64,000 nt of DNA. It comes from Escherichia coli. Lineage in GTDB: Bacteria > Pseudomonadota > Gammaproteobacteria > Enterobacterales > Enterobacteriaceae. Within the stretch, counting starts at the first letter, position 1, and each line of letters starts with the position of its first letter. Position numbers and translations under genes: made by a program. A model generated the notes under the pieces. It did not search any database. It saw nothing but the letters and a program-made list of their open reading frames with translations, and was not told where the DNA came from. The stretch lies in NCBI RefSeq assembly GCF_003334355.1, contig NZ_QOWP01000009.1; one strand, given 5' to 3'. Positions 31,845-42,292 of this stretch are shown here, piece by piece.

Positions 31845-31874
31845 GCCGGATAACGCGTTCACGCCGTATCCGGC
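31845..31874. repeat. REP element between nudE and mrcA
   Basis: GCCGGATAACGCGTTCACGCCGTATCCGGC. Confidence 0.65.
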
Positions 31875-31902
31875 ATAAACAAGTGCACTTTGTCAGCAAA
31901 CT

Positions 31903-31927
31903 GAAAAGGCGCCGAAGCGCCTTTTTA
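31903..31927. terminator. Bidirectional terminator between nudE and mrcA
   Basis: AGGCGCCGAAGCGCCT hairpin flanked by AAAA on one side and TTTTT on the other. Confidence 0.7.
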
Positions 31928-31928
31928 A

Positions 31929-34481
31929 TCAGAACAATTCCTGTGCCTCGCCATTATCGATAATGGTCGTTCCCACCTCGTGCACTGCCTGTTGTGTCGG
32001 CTGCGTACCTTCGATGAAATACTCTTCGCGGCTGTTGCCACCATTAGCTAACTGCCCGGTGCTGCGATCGATATTCACCGTCACAATACCCGGTGGCGGC
32101 GTCAGCGGCTGCTCCGGCACACCTTCAAGAACGGCTTTCATATAAGCGTCCCATGCAGGCTGGGCACTCTTGGCACCGCCTTCGTAACCTGAGATCTGAT
32201 CTTTAATCGCTCCGGAAGCCGTTGTATGACCGAGATTACGACGGTGATCATCAAAGCCAATCCAGACCGAGGTCACAACGCCCGGACCGTAACCCGAGAA
32301 CCACGCATCTTTCGAACTGTTAGTGGTCCCGGTTTTCCCGCCGATATCGCGACGCTGCAAATCACGACCTGCACGCCAGCCAGTACCCTGCCAGCCTGGC
32401 TCACCAAAGATATTGGTGTTCAAAGCACTCTTAATCAGGAATGCCAGCGGAGTGTTGATGACGTGCGGTGCGTACTCCTGCGCGCCAGTCTTCGCCACTA
32501 ACGCCTGATTTGCCTGCTCCAGCTGCGGCATTGGTACAGAAACATTCTGCTGCTCGCGGGAGATAGCGACATCTTCAACATCGTTATTTTCCAGCACGTT
32601 CGATTTCTGCGTATCACCGTAAATCACCGGAATATCGCATTCCGGGCAGGCTACTTTCGGTTTCGCTTCGAAAATCACGCCGCCCTGATCGTTTTCAATT
32701 TTGCTGATAAACCACGGGTCCACCAGGAAGCCGCCGTTCGCCATGACCGCGTAGCCGCGCGCCACCTGCATTGGGGTGAAGGACGCTGAACCCAGCGCCA
32801 GCGATTCGGTGTGGACAATGTTTTGTGCCGGGAAGCCGAAGCGTTGCAGATATTCTGCAGCGTAGTCGACGCCCATCGCCCGCATTGCGCGTACCATCAC
32901 CACGTTTTTCGACTGACCCAGCCCCTGACGTAAGCGAATTGGACCGGCATATTGTGGCGGCGAGTTCTTCGGCTGCCAGTCAGAACCGGCACCTGCATCC
33001 CAGCGGGAAATTGGCACATCGTTCAACATACTTGCCAGCGTCAGACCTTTATCCATCGCCGCGGTGTAGAGGAACGGTTTGATGTTGGAACCCACCTGAC
33101 GCAGTGCCTGGGTGGCGCGGTTAAACTTGCTCTGATTGAAATCAAAGCCACCGACCAGCGCCATAACGGCACCATTTTGCGGATTGATCGACACCAGCGC
33201 CGAGTTCACTTCCGGCACTTGTGCCAGCCACCATGCATCGCCGACCTGACGAACCCAGATTTGCTGTCCCGTTTGCAGAACATCGGTCACTTTACGCGGC
33301 GTCGGTCCCTGCTGAGTATCCGAACGGTAAGGACGCGCCCAGCGAACGCCGTCCATACTCAATGCGACAGTCGACCCGTCCGCCAGCATTGCCGTCGCTT
33401 CCTGAGGATTGGCGCTGGTGACTGCGGCAGGCAGCAGCGGACCATAGGTCGGCAGCGCCTTCAGCGTATCGGTAATCTTGTTGTTATCCCACGCCGACTC
33501 GCCCACTTTCCACAGCACATTTGCCGGGCCGCGATAGCCGTGGCGCATGTCGTAGTCCAGCACGTTATTACGTACCGCCTGCTGCGCGGCCTGCTGCACT
33601 TTGCGGGTGATGGTGGTGTAAATGCGATAACCGTCTTCATAGGCACTTTCGCCATAACGGTTATACATCTCCTGGCGCACCATTTCGCTCAGGTACGGCG
33701 CAGAGAAAGCAATCTCCGGCGCGTGATAGTTAGCGTTAATCGCCTCAGTGCGTGTCTGATCGAACTGTTGTTGGGTGATATACCCTTCATCCAGCATCCG
33801 CGACAGCACGACGTTACGCCGCGCGACGGCACGATCCATCGAGTAGAGCGGGTTGAAGGTGGAAGGCGCTTTCGGCAGCCCGGCTATCACCGCCATTTCG
33901 TTCAGCGTCAGTTGGTCGACCGTTTTTCCGAAATAGACTTGTGCCGCAGCACCGACACCATAGGCGCGGTAACCAAGGTAAATCTTGTTCAGATAAAGCT
34001 CGAGGATCTCGTCTTTCGTCAGCAGCTGTTCAATGCGAATCGCGAGGAAGACTTCCTTAATCTTACGCATCAGCGTGCGTTCTGGACTGAGGAAGAAGTT
34101 TCTCGCCAGCTGCTGGGTAATGGTACTTGCCCCTTGTGACGCGTGACCGGAGAACAGCGCCACGCTTGCTGCACGGAAGATCCCCACCGGGTCAACGCCG
34201 TGATGCTCGTAGAAGCGGCTGTCTTCTGTCGCGATAAAGGCTTTCACCATCTCCGGTGGGATTTGATCCAACGTAACCGGAATACGACGTTTCTCACCGT
34301 ATTGAGCAATCAGCTCGCCATCGGCGCTGTAAATCTGCATCGGAATTTGCAGGCGAACATCTTTTAATGTCGCCACATCCGGCAGTTGTGGCTCGATGTA
34401 GCGGTATAGGCCATAAATCGAGCCTGCTCCCAGCAGAATGCAACAGACTGCAAGGATCAAAAAATACTTTACGAACTTCAC
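31929..34481 (-). CDS. mrcA: Penicillin-binding protein 1A (bifunctional transglycosylase/transpeptidase)
   Basis: Glycosyltransferase motif 'EDSRFYEHHGVD', transpeptidase 'KTGT'. The 850-aa form as I recall it starts at the GTG at 34479-34481; an in-frame ATG lies 8 codons upstream at 34505. Confidence 0.93.
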   Translation of the reverse strand: MKFVKYFLILAVCCILLGAGSIYGLYRYIEPQLPDVATLKDVRLQIPMQIYSADGELIAQYGEKRRIPVTLDQIPPEMVKAFIATEDSRFYEHHGVDPVGIFRAASVALFSGHASQGASTITQQLARNFFLSPERTLMRKIKEVFLAIRIEQLLTKDEILELYLNKIYLGYRAYGVGAAAQVYFGKTVDQLTLNEMAVIAGLPKAPSTFNPLYSMDRAVARRNVVLSRMLDEGYITQQQFDQTRTEAINANYHAPEIAFSAPYLSEMVRQEMYNRYGESAYEDGYRIYTTITRKVQQAAQQAVRNNVLDYDMRHGYRGPANVLWKVGESAWDNNKITDTLKALPTYGPLLPAAVTSANPQEATAMLADGSTVALSMDGVRWARPYRSDTQQGPTPRKVTDVLQTGQQIWVRQVGDAWWLAQVPEVNSALVSINPQNGAVMALVGGFDFNQSKFNRATQALRQVGSNIKPFLYTAAMDKGLTLASMLNDVPISRWDAGAGSDWQPKNSPPQYAGPIRLRQGLGQSKNVVMVRAMRAMGVDYAAEYLQRFGFPAQNIVHTESLALGSASFTPMQVARGYAVMANGGFLVDPWFISKIENDQGGVIFEAKPKVACPECDIPVIYGDTQKSNVLENNDVEDVAISREQQNVSVPMPQLEQANQALVAKTGAQEYAPHVINTPLAFLIKSALNTNIFGEPGWQGTGWRAGRDLQRRDIGGKTGTTNSSKDAWFSGYGPGVVTSVWIGFDDHRRNLGHTTASGAIKDQISGYEGGAKSAQPAWDAYMKAVLEGVPEQPLTPPPGIVTVNIDRSTGQLANGGNSREEYFIEGTQPTQQAVHEVGTTIIDNGEAQELF

Positions 34482-34600
34482 TGGAAATTTCCCATTTAGT
34501 TTCATTTGGGCAGTTTATAAACAAACGCGCGGTAGTATAAAGGCAAGCCAGACGCATTGATATACCCGTCAGAGTGACGGGTGATAAGGAGATCATCACA

Positions 34601-35380
34601 ATGGCATTTAAGATCTGGCAAATTGGTTTGCATTTACAACAGCAAGAAGCGGTAGCGGTTGCGATCGTGCGGGGCGCAAAAGAATGCTTTTTGCAACGCT
34701 GGTGGCGGTTGCCGCTGGAGAACGACATTATCAAAGATGGGCGGATTGTTGATGCGCAGCAGCTGGCTAAAACGTTGTTACCGTGGAGTCGCGAACTGCC
34801 GCAGCGTCATCACATTATGTTGGCGTTTCCCGCCAGTCGCACATTACAGCGGTCATTTCCGCGCCCGTCGATGTCCCTTGGTGAGCGGGAGCAAACGGCC
34901 TGGCTGTCAGGGACGATGGCCCGCGAGCTGGATATGGATCCGGACTCCCTGCGCTTCGATTACAGCGAAGACTCACTCAGTCCCGCCTATAACGTGACTG
35001 CCGCGCAAAGCAAAGAGCTGGCAACGCTGCTTACTCTGGCAGAAAGGTTGCGTGTTCATGTGAGCGCGATCACCCCGGATGCCAGTGCATTACAGCGATT
35101 CCTGCCTTTTTTACCTTCTCATCAGCAATGTCTGGCCTGGCGTGATAACGAACAGTGGCTGTGGGCGACGCGCTATAGCTGGGGGCGCAAACTGGCGGTG
35201 GGGATGACTAGCGCGAAGGAGCTGGCGGCAGCGTTATCCGTTGATCCCGAAAGCGTCGCGATATGTGGCGAAGGCGGATTTGATCCCTGGGAGGCCGTTT
35301 CTGTTCGTCAGCCGCCGCTACCGCCGCCAGGTGGAGACTTTGCCATCGCGCTGGGGCTGGCGCTTGGGAAGGCGTACTGA
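34601..35380 (+). CDS. hofM: Type IV pilus / DNA-uptake assembly protein HofM (PilM-like)
   Basis: 259 aa from the ATG at 34601 (MAFKIWQIGLHL...); stop overlaps the hofN start (TGATG). Confidence 0.88.
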   Translation: MAFKIWQIGLHLQQQEAVAVAIVRGAKECFLQRWWRLPLENDIIKDGRIVDAQQLAKTLLPWSRELPQRHHIMLAFPASRTLQRSFPRPSMSLGEREQTAWLSGTMARELDMDPDSLRFDYSEDSLSPAYNVTAAQSKELATLLTLAERLRVHVSAITPDASALQRFLPFLPSHQQCLAWRDNEQWLWATRYSWGRKLAVGMTSAKELAAALSVDPESVAICGEGGFDPWEAVSVRQPPLPPPGGDFAIALGLALGKAY

Positions 35381-35919
35381 TGAACCCGCCAATTAATTTT
35401 TTGCCCTGGCGACAGCAACGCCGGACCGCTTTTCTGCGTTTCTGGTTGCTGATGTTCGTTGCGCCTCTGCTGCTGGCCGTCGGGATAACGCTAATACTGC
35501 GTCTGACAGGCAGCGCCGAAGCGCGCATAGACGCCGTTTTGCTTCAGGCGGAACAACAACTCGCCCGCAGCTTACAGATAACGAAGCCACGTTTGCTGGA
35601 GCAACAGCAGTTACGCGAACAGCGTTCGCAACGGCAGCGCCAGCGACAATTTACCCGCGACTGGCAATCTGCGCTGGAAGCACTGGCGGCGCTTTTACCC
35701 GAGCACGCCTGGCTGACAACGATAAGCTGGCAGCAGGGAACGCTGGAGATCAAGGGGCTGACAACAAGCATTACCGCGTTAAACGCACTAGAAACGTCAC
35801 TCCGCCAGGATGCATCTTTTCATCTCAATCAGCGGGGAGCCACGCAGCAGGATGCGCAGGGACGCTGGCAATTTGAGTATCAGTTAACAAGGAAGGTTAG
35901 CGATGAACATGTTCTTTGA
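35380..35919 (+). CDS. hofN: HofN (PilN-like)
   Basis: 179 aa; N-terminal TM helix; overlaps hofO by 17 nt. Confidence 0.85.
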   Translation: MNPPINFLPWRQQRRTAFLRFWLLMFVAPLLLAVGITLILRLTGSAEARIDAVLLQAEQQLARSLQITKPRLLEQQQLREQRSQRQRQRQFTRDWQSALEALAALLPEHAWLTTISWQQGTLEIKGLTTSITALNALETSLRQDASFHLNQRGATQQDAQGRWQFEYQLTRKVSDEHVL

Positions 35920-36343
35920 CTGGTGGTTCGCCACATCACCCCGCCTCCGCCAGCTTTGCTGGGCATTCTGGTTGCTGATGTTAGTTACGCTCATTTTTCT
36001 GTCATCGACACACCATGAAGAGCGCGACGCATTAATTCGACTACGGGCAAGTCATCACCAGCAGTGGGCCGCACTGTATCGCCTGGTAGACACCACTCCC
36101 TTCAGCGAGGAAAAAACGCTGCCCTTTTCGCCACTGGATTTTCAGTTATCCGGCGCGCAACTGGTTTCCTGGCATCCATCCGCGCAGGGAGGCGAGTTGG
36201 CGTTGAAAACGCTGTGGGAAGCAGTGCCGTCGGCATTTACACGGCTGGCAGAGCGCAACGTCAGCGTGAGCCGTTTTTCGTTAAGCGTGGAAGGTGATGA
36301 TCTTTTGTTCACGCTACAACTGGAGACGCCGCATGAGGGTTAA
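35903..36343 (+). CDS. hofO: HofO (PilO-like)
   Basis: 146 aa; N-terminal TM helix. Confidence 0.85.
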   Translation: MNMFFDWWFATSPRLRQLCWAFWLLMLVTLIFLSSTHHEERDALIRLRASHHQQWAALYRLVDTTPFSEEKTLPFSPLDFQLSGAQLVSWHPSAQGGELALKTLWEAVPSAFTRLAERNVSVSRFSLSVEGDDLLFTLQLETPHEG

Positions 36344-36737
36344 ACGCTGGTTGTTGGCAGGTATTGCATTGTGCCTTTTAACCGGTATGCGTGACCCTTT
36401 TAAACCGCCGGAAGATCTATGCCGGATTAGCGAACTTAGCCAGTGGCGCTATCAGGGGATGGTAGGGCGAGGCGAGCGCATCATCGGTGTAATAAAAGAC
36501 GGGCAAAAGAAATGGCGACGGGTGCAGCAAAACGATGTGCTGGAAAACGGCTGGACAATTTTACAGCTGACGCCAGACGTACTAACGCTGGGTACCGGGA
36601 CAAACTGCGAACCGCCACAATGGTTGTGGCAACGGCAAGGAGATACAAATGAAGCAATGGATAGCCGCACTACTGTTGATGCTGATACCCGGCGTACAGG
36701 CGGCAAAGCCGCAAAAAGTGACGCTGATGGTGGATGA
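36333..36737 (+). CDS. hofP: HofP (PilP-like lipoprotein)
   Basis: 134 aa from the ATG at 36333 (MRVKRWLLAGIALCLLTGM...); 3' end overlaps hofQ by 89 nt in another frame. Confidence 0.8.
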   Translation: MRVKRWLLAGIALCLLTGMRDPFKPPEDLCRISELSQWRYQGMVGRGERIIGVIKDGQKKWRRVQQNDVLENGWTILQLTPDVLTLGTGTNCEPPQWLWQRQGDTNEAMDSRTTVDADTRRTGGKAAKSDADGG

Positions 36738-37887
36738 CGTTCCGGTAGCTCAGGTGTTGCAGGCGCTGGCTGAACAGGAGAAGTTGAACCTGGTCGTGTC
36801 GCCAGACGTCAGCGGTACGGTGTCGTTACATCTAACAGATGTTCCCTGGAAGCAGGCACTACAAACTGTAGTGAAAAGCGCCGGACTGATAACGCGGCAG
36901 GAAGGCAACATTCTCTCAGTGCATTCCATTGCCTGGCAGAATAACAATATCGCCCGCCAGGAGGCGGAGCAGGCGCGGGCGCAGGCAAATCTGCCGCTGG
37001 AAAATCGCAGTATAACCCTGCAATACGCCGACGCGGGAGAACTGGCGAAAGCGGGGGAGAAGCTACTGAGTGCCAAAGGGAGTATGACCGTCGATAAACG
37101 CACCAATCGCCTTTTGCTACGAGATAACAAAACGGCGTTAAGCGCGCTTGAACAGTGGGTAGCGCAAATGGATCTGCCGGTCGGGCAGGTTGAGCTGTCG
37201 GCGCATATTGTCACCATTAATGAAAAAAGTTTGCGTGAGTTAGGCGTGAAATGGACGCTGGCCGATGCGCAACACGCTGGTGGCGTTGGGCAAGTCACCA
37301 CGCTTGGTAGCGACCTCTCCGTAGCGACGGCGACAACGCATGTCGGTTTTAACATTGGGCGCATCAACGGACGCTTGCTGGATCTTGAGCTTTCCGCGCT
37401 CGAACAAAAACAGCAGCTGGATATTATCGCCAGTCCGCGTCTGCTGGCCTCACATCTTCAGCCTGCCAGCATTAAACAGGGGAGCGAAATTCCATATCAG
37501 GTTTCCAGCGGGGAAAGTGGCGCGACGTCGGTGGAATTTAAAGAGGCCGTCCTGGGGATGGAGGTCACGCCCACGGTGTTACAAAAAGGTCGCATCCGGC
37601 TGAAATTACACATCAGCCAGAACGTTCCGGGGCAGGTGCTACAGCAGGCCGATGGCGAAGTGCTGGCGATTGATAAGCAGGAGATCGAAACGCAGGTCGA
37701 GGTCAAAAGCGGAGAAACGTTGGCGCTGGGCGGCATTTTTACCCGTAAAAATAAATCGGGTCAGGATAGCGTACCGTTGCTTGGCGACATTCCCTGGTTC
37801 GGGCAATTATTTCGTCATGACGGAAAAGAAGATGAACGACGCGAGTTAGTGGTGTTTATCACGCCACGACTGGTTTCCAGTGAGTAA
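36649..37887 (+). CDS. hofQ: Secretin HofQ (PilQ/ComE-like outer-membrane channel)
   Basis: 412 aa; signal peptide 'MKQWIAALLLMLIPGVQA'; secretin C-terminal domain. Confidence 0.9.
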   Translation: MKQWIAALLLMLIPGVQAAKPQKVTLMVDDVPVAQVLQALAEQEKLNLVVSPDVSGTVSLHLTDVPWKQALQTVVKSAGLITRQEGNILSVHSIAWQNNNIARQEAEQARAQANLPLENRSITLQYADAGELAKAGEKLLSAKGSMTVDKRTNRLLLRDNKTALSALEQWVAQMDLPVGQVELSAHIVTINEKSLRELGVKWTLADAQHAGGVGQVTTLGSDLSVATATTHVGFNIGRINGRLLDLELSALEQKQQLDIIASPRLLASHLQPASIKQGSEIPYQVSSGESGATSVEFKEAVLGMEVTPTVLQKGRIRLKLHISQNVPGQVLQQADGEVLAIDKQEIETQVEVKSGETLALGGIFTRKNKSGQDSVPLLGDIPWFGQLFRHDGKEDERRELVVFITPRLVSSE

Positions 37888-38287
37888 ACAGCCGTAAAAG
37901 CGGTAATGTTTTTACGCTGAACGTGTTTCATCTATTTGACGCGCGCAGGTATTTAGCATACAAGGAGTACCGATTTGAGAGTTGGTGCTCTTCGCTGCCT
38001 GCGTTCCATGATGATGATTTATCATTCAGGCGGCATTTTGCTGTCTTTTTTACGCTAATCTTACCCGGTGATTTATCGCCAGAGCGGTGGTAGCAAGGCA
38101 GCGCGCTTGCAGCGACCAGATATGCAGAGGGATGGGTGATTTATTCAGTTGCCAAACCCGCTGGAGTATTGAGATAATTTTCAGTCTGACTCTCGCAATA
38201 TCTTATGAGGTTTCAGTTCATGTCCTGCGGCGCTCTCTGAGCGAAGCGGGTTTATCATTAACGAATAGTCTTAGTAGTACCGAAAAA

Positions 38288-38809
38288 ATGGCAGAGAAAC
38301 GCAATATCTTTCTGGTTGGGCCTATGGGTGCCGGAAAAAGCACTATTGGGCGCCAGTTAGCTCAACAACTCAATATGGAATTTTACGATTCCGATCAAGA
38401 GATTGAGAAACGAACCGGAGCTGATGTGGGCTGGGTTTTCGATTTAGAAGGCGAAGAAGGCTTCCGCGATCGCGAAGAAAAGGTCATCAATGAGTTGACC
38501 GAGAAACAGGGTATTGTGCTGGCTACTGGCGGCGGCTCTGTGAAATCCCGTGAAACGCGTAACCGTCTTTCCGCTCGTGGCGTTGTCGTTTATCTTGAAA
38601 CGACCATCGAAAAGCAACTTGCACGCACGCAGCGTGATAAAAAACGCCCGTTGCTGCACGTTGAAACACCGCCGCGTGAAGTTCTGGAAGCGTTGGCCAA
38701 TGAACGCAATCCGCTGTATGAAGAGATTGCCGACGTGACCATTCGTACTGATGATCAAAGCGCTAAAGTGGTTGCAAACCAGATTATTCACATGCTGGAA
38801 AGCAACTAA
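38288..38809 (+). CDS. aroK: Shikimate kinase I
   Basis: 173 aa from the ATG at 38288 ([22 protein letters not shown], Walker A); the ORF track extends 67 codons upstream in frame. Confidence 0.96.
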   Translation: MAEKRNIFLVGPMGAGKSTIGRQLAQQLNMEFYDSDQEIEKRTGADVGWVFDLEGEEGFRDREEKVINELTEKQGIVLATGGGSVKSRETRNRLSARGVVVYLETTIEKQLARTQRDKKRPLLHVETPPREVLEALANERNPLYEEIADVTIRTDDQSAKVVANQIIHMLESN

Positions 38810-38865
38810 TTCTGGCTTTATATACACTCGTCTGCGGGTACAGTAATTAAGGTGGATGTCGCGTT

Positions 38866-39954
38866 ATGGAGAGGATTGTCGTTACTCTCGGGGAACGTAG
38901 TTACCCAATTACCATCGCATCTGGTTTGTTTAATGAACCAGCTTCATTCTTACCGCTGAAATCGGGCGAGCAGGTCATGTTGGTCACCAACGAAACCCTG
39001 GCTCCTCTGTATCTCGATAAGGTCCGCGGCGTACTTGAACAGGCGGGTGTTAACGTCGATAGCGTTATCCTCCCTGACGGCGAGCAGTATAAAAGCCTGG
39101 CTGTACTCGATACCGTCTTTACGGCGTTGTTACAAAAACCGCATGGTCGCGATACTACGCTGGTGGCGCTTGGCGGCGGCGTAGTGGGCGATCTGACCGG
39201 CTTCGCGGCGGCGAGTTATCAGCGCGGTGTCCGTTTCATTCAAGTCCCGACGACATTACTGTCGCAGGTCGATTCCTCCGTTGGCGGCAAAACTGCGGTC
39301 AACCATCCCCTCGGTAAAAACATGATTGGCGCGTTCTACCAACCTGCTTCAGTGGTGGTGGATCTCGACTGTCTGAAAACGCTTCCCCCGCGTGAGTTAG
39401 CGTCGGGGCTGGCAGAAGTCATCAAATACGGCATTATTCTTGACGGTGCGTTTTTCAACTGGCTGGAAGAGAATCTGGATGCGTTGTTGCGTCTGGACGG
39501 TCCGGCAATGGCGTACTGTATTCGCCGTTGTTGTGAACTGAAGGCAGAAGTTGTCGCCGCCGACGAGCGCGAAACCGGGTTACGTGCTTTACTGAATCTG
39601 GGACACACCTTTGGTCATGCCATTGAAGCTGAAATGGGGTATGGCAATTGGTTACATGGTGAAGCGGTCGCTGCGGGTATGGTGATGGCGGCGCGGACGT
39701 CGGAACGTCTCGGGCAGTTTAGTTCTGCCGAAACGCAGCGTATTATAACCCTGCTCACGCGGGCTGGGTTACCGGTCAATGGGCCGCGCGAAATGTCCGC
39801 GCAGGCGTATTTACCGCATATGCTGCGTGACAAGAAAGTCCTTGCGGGAGAGATGCGCTTAATTCTTCCGTTGGCAATTGGTAAGAGTGAAGTTCGCAGC
39901 GGCGTTTCGCACGAGCTTGTTCTTAACGCCATTGCCGATTGTCAATCAGCGTAA
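38866..39954 (+). CDS. aroB: 3-dehydroquinate synthase
   Basis: 362 aa; downstream of aroK in the aroKB operon. Confidence 0.96.
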
Positions 39955-40045
39955 CAACAAGAAAGGTCAGGCCGCTTATCAAGCGGTCTATTAGCTTCAG
40001 GTTAATTGCAACGTGGTAAGCATTAACCTTTTAGTGGGGTGTTAA

Positions 40046-41332
40046 ATGGATGAATTCAAACCAGAAGACGAGCTGAAACCCGATCCCAGCGATCGTCGTA
40101 CTGGTCGTTCTCGTCAATCTTCTGAACGTTCTGAGCGTACTGAACGTGGCGAACCGCAGATCAATTTTGATGATATTGAACTTGATGACACTGACGATCG
40201 CCGTCCGACTCGTGCGCAAAAAGAGCGCAATGAGGAACCGGAAATCGAAGAAGAAATTGACGAATCCGAAGATGAAACCGTGGATGAAGAGCGCGTAGAG
40301 CGTCGTCCGCGTAAGCGCAAAAAAGCAGCCAGTAAACCCGCTTCTCGTCAGTATATGATGATGGGCGTCGGCATTCTGGTTCTACTGCTGTTGATCATCG
40401 GTATCGGTTCTGCGCTAAAAGCCCCCTCGACCTCTTCCAGCGATCAAACCGCGTCTGGCGAGAAGAGTATTGATCTTGCAGGCAATGCGACCGATCAGGC
40501 GAATGGGGTGCAGCCAGCGCCGGGAACCACGTCTGCGGAAAATACTCAGCAGGATGTTTCTCTGCCACCGATCTCTTCTACGCCGACTCAAGGGCAAACC
40601 CCGGCGGCAACGGATGGTCAACAACGTGTTGAAGTGCAGGGTGACCTGAACAATGCGCTGACCCAGCCACAAAATCAGCAACAGTTGAACAATGTGGCGG
40701 TCAATTCCACATTGCCGACCGAACCCGCGACTGTCGCGCCTGTTCGCAATGGCAATGCATCGCGTGACACGGCGAAAACGCAAACCGCTGAACGTCCGGC
40801 CACTACGCGCCCAGCTCGTCAGCAGGCGGTGATTGAACCGAAAAAACCGCAAGCAACCGTGAAAACGGAGCCGAAGCCGGTAGCACAGACGCCGAAGCGT
40901 ACTGAACCAGCTGCCCCTGTGGCGAGCACGAAGGCACCGGCTGCGACTTCTACGCCAGCACCAAAAGAGACGGCGACTACGGCTCCAGTACAGACGGCAT
41001 CCCCGGCGCAAACCACGGCAACACCAGCCGCTGGAGGGAAGACCGCAGGTAATGTTGGTTCGTTGAAATCGGCACCGTCCAGCCATTACACTCTGCAGCT
41101 GAGCAGTTCCTCTAACTACGACAACCTGAACGGTTGGGCGAAGAAAGAGAATCTGAAAAACTACGTTGTCTATGAAACGACGCGTAATGGTCAGCCGTGG
41201 TATGTCCTGGTTTCTGGCGTGTACGCTTCGAAAGAAGAGGCGAAAAAAGCGGTATCTACATTGCCAGCAGATGTTCAGGCCAAAAACCCGTGGGCGAAAC
41301 CGCTGCGTCAGGTACAGGCCGATCTGAAGTAA
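40046..41332 (+). CDS. damX: Cell division protein DamX (SPOR domain)
   Basis: 428 aa; acidic N-terminus, one TM helix, long Pro/Thr/Ala/Gln-rich low-complexity linker, C-terminal SPOR-like domain. Confidence 0.93.
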   Translation: MDEFKPEDELKPDPSDRRTGRSRQSSERSERTERGEPQINFDDIELDDTDDRRPTRAQKERNEEPEIEEEIDESEDETVDEERVERRPRKRKKAASKPASRQYMMMGVGILVLLLLIIGIGSALKAPSTSSSDQTASGEKSIDLAGNATDQANGVQPAPGTTSAENTQQDVSLPPISSTPTQGQTPAATDGQQRVEVQGDLNNALTQPQNQQQLNNVAVNSTLPTEPATVAPVRNGNASRDTAKTQTAERPATTRPARQQAVIEPKKPQATVKTEPKPVAQTPKRTEPAAPVASTKAPAATSTPAPKETATTAPVQTASPAQTTATPAAGGKTAGNVGSLKSAPSSHYTLQLSSSSNYDNLNGWAKKENLKNYVVYETTRNGQPWYVLVSGVYASKEEAKKAVSTLPADVQAKNPWAKPLRQVQADLK

Positions 41333-41438
41333 TCAAGGTTATCTCCCGCAATGGTTTATCGTTGCGGGAGCTGCCTGAAGCGCTGGATGCTGTCGGAGCT
41401 TTCTCCACAGCCGGAGAAGGTGTAATTAGTTAGTCAGC

Positions 41439-42275
41439 ATGAAGAAAAATCGCGCTTTTTTGAAGTGGGCAGGGGGCAAGTATCCCCTGCTTGATGATAT
41501 TAAACGGCATTTGCCCAAGGGCGAATGTCTGGTTGAGCCTTTTGTAGGTGCCGGGTCGGTGTTTCTCAACACCGACTTTTCTCGTTATATCCTTGCCGAT
41601 ATCAATAGCGACCTGATCAGTCTCTATAACATTGTGAAGATGCGTACTGATGAGTACGTACAGGCCGCACGCGAGCTGTTTGTTCCCGAAACAAATTGCG
41701 CCGAGGTTTACTATCAGTTCCGCGAAGAGTTCAACAAAAGCCAGGATCCGTTCCGTCGGGCGGTACTGTTTTTATATTTGAACCGCTACGGTTACAACGG
41801 CCTGTGTCGTTACAATCTGCGCGGTGAGTTTAATGTGCCGTTTGGCCGCTACAAAAAACCCTATTTCCCGGAAGCAGAGTTGTATCACTTCGCTGAAAAA
41901 GCGCAGAATGCCTTTTTCTATTGTGAGTCTTACGCTGATAGCATGGCGCGCGCAGATGATGCATCTGTCGTCTATTGCGATCCGCCTTATGCACCGCTGT
42001 CTGCGACCGCCAACTTTACGGCGTATCACACAAACAGTTTTACGCTTGAACAACAAGCGCATCTGGCGGAGATCGCCGAAGGTCTGGTTGATCGCCATAT
42101 TCCAGTGCTGATCTCCAATCACGATACGATGTTAACGCGTGAGTGGTATCAGCGCGCAAAATTGCATGTCGTCAAAGTTCGACGCAGTATAAGCAGCAAC
42201 GGCGGCACACGTAAAAAGGTGGACGAACTGCTGGCTTTGTACAAACCAGGAGTCGTTTCACCCGCGAAAAAATAA
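41439..42275 (+). CDS. dam: DNA adenine methyltransferase (GATC)
   Basis: 278 aa; catalytic 'DPPY' motif ('CDPPYAPL'). Confidence 0.97.
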   Translation: MKKNRAFLKWAGGKYPLLDDIKRHLPKGECLVEPFVGAGSVFLNTDFSRYILADINSDLISLYNIVKMRTDEYVQAARELFVPETNCAEVYYQFREEFNKSQDPFRRAVLFLYLNRYGYNGLCRYNLRGEFNVPFGRYKKPYFPEAELYHFAEKAQNAFFYCESYADSMARADDASVVYCDPPYAPLSATANFTAYHTNSFTLEQQAHLAEIAEGLVDRHIPVLISNHDTMLTREWYQRAKLHVVKVRRSISSNGGTRKKVDELLALYKPGVVSPAKK

Positions 42276-42292
42276 TTCTCAAGGAGAAGCGG

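Noticed and set aside
32952-34139. 395-aa ORF on the plus strand
   Set aside because: Antisense to mrcA, whose transglycosylase and transpeptidase motifs are unambiguous on the minus strand.
38087-38287. In-frame 67-codon N-terminal extension of aroK suggested by the ORF track
   Set aside because: The shikimate kinase fold and Walker A motif begin right after the ATG at 38288, and the extension has no conserved character; likely untranslated leader that happens to be stop-free.
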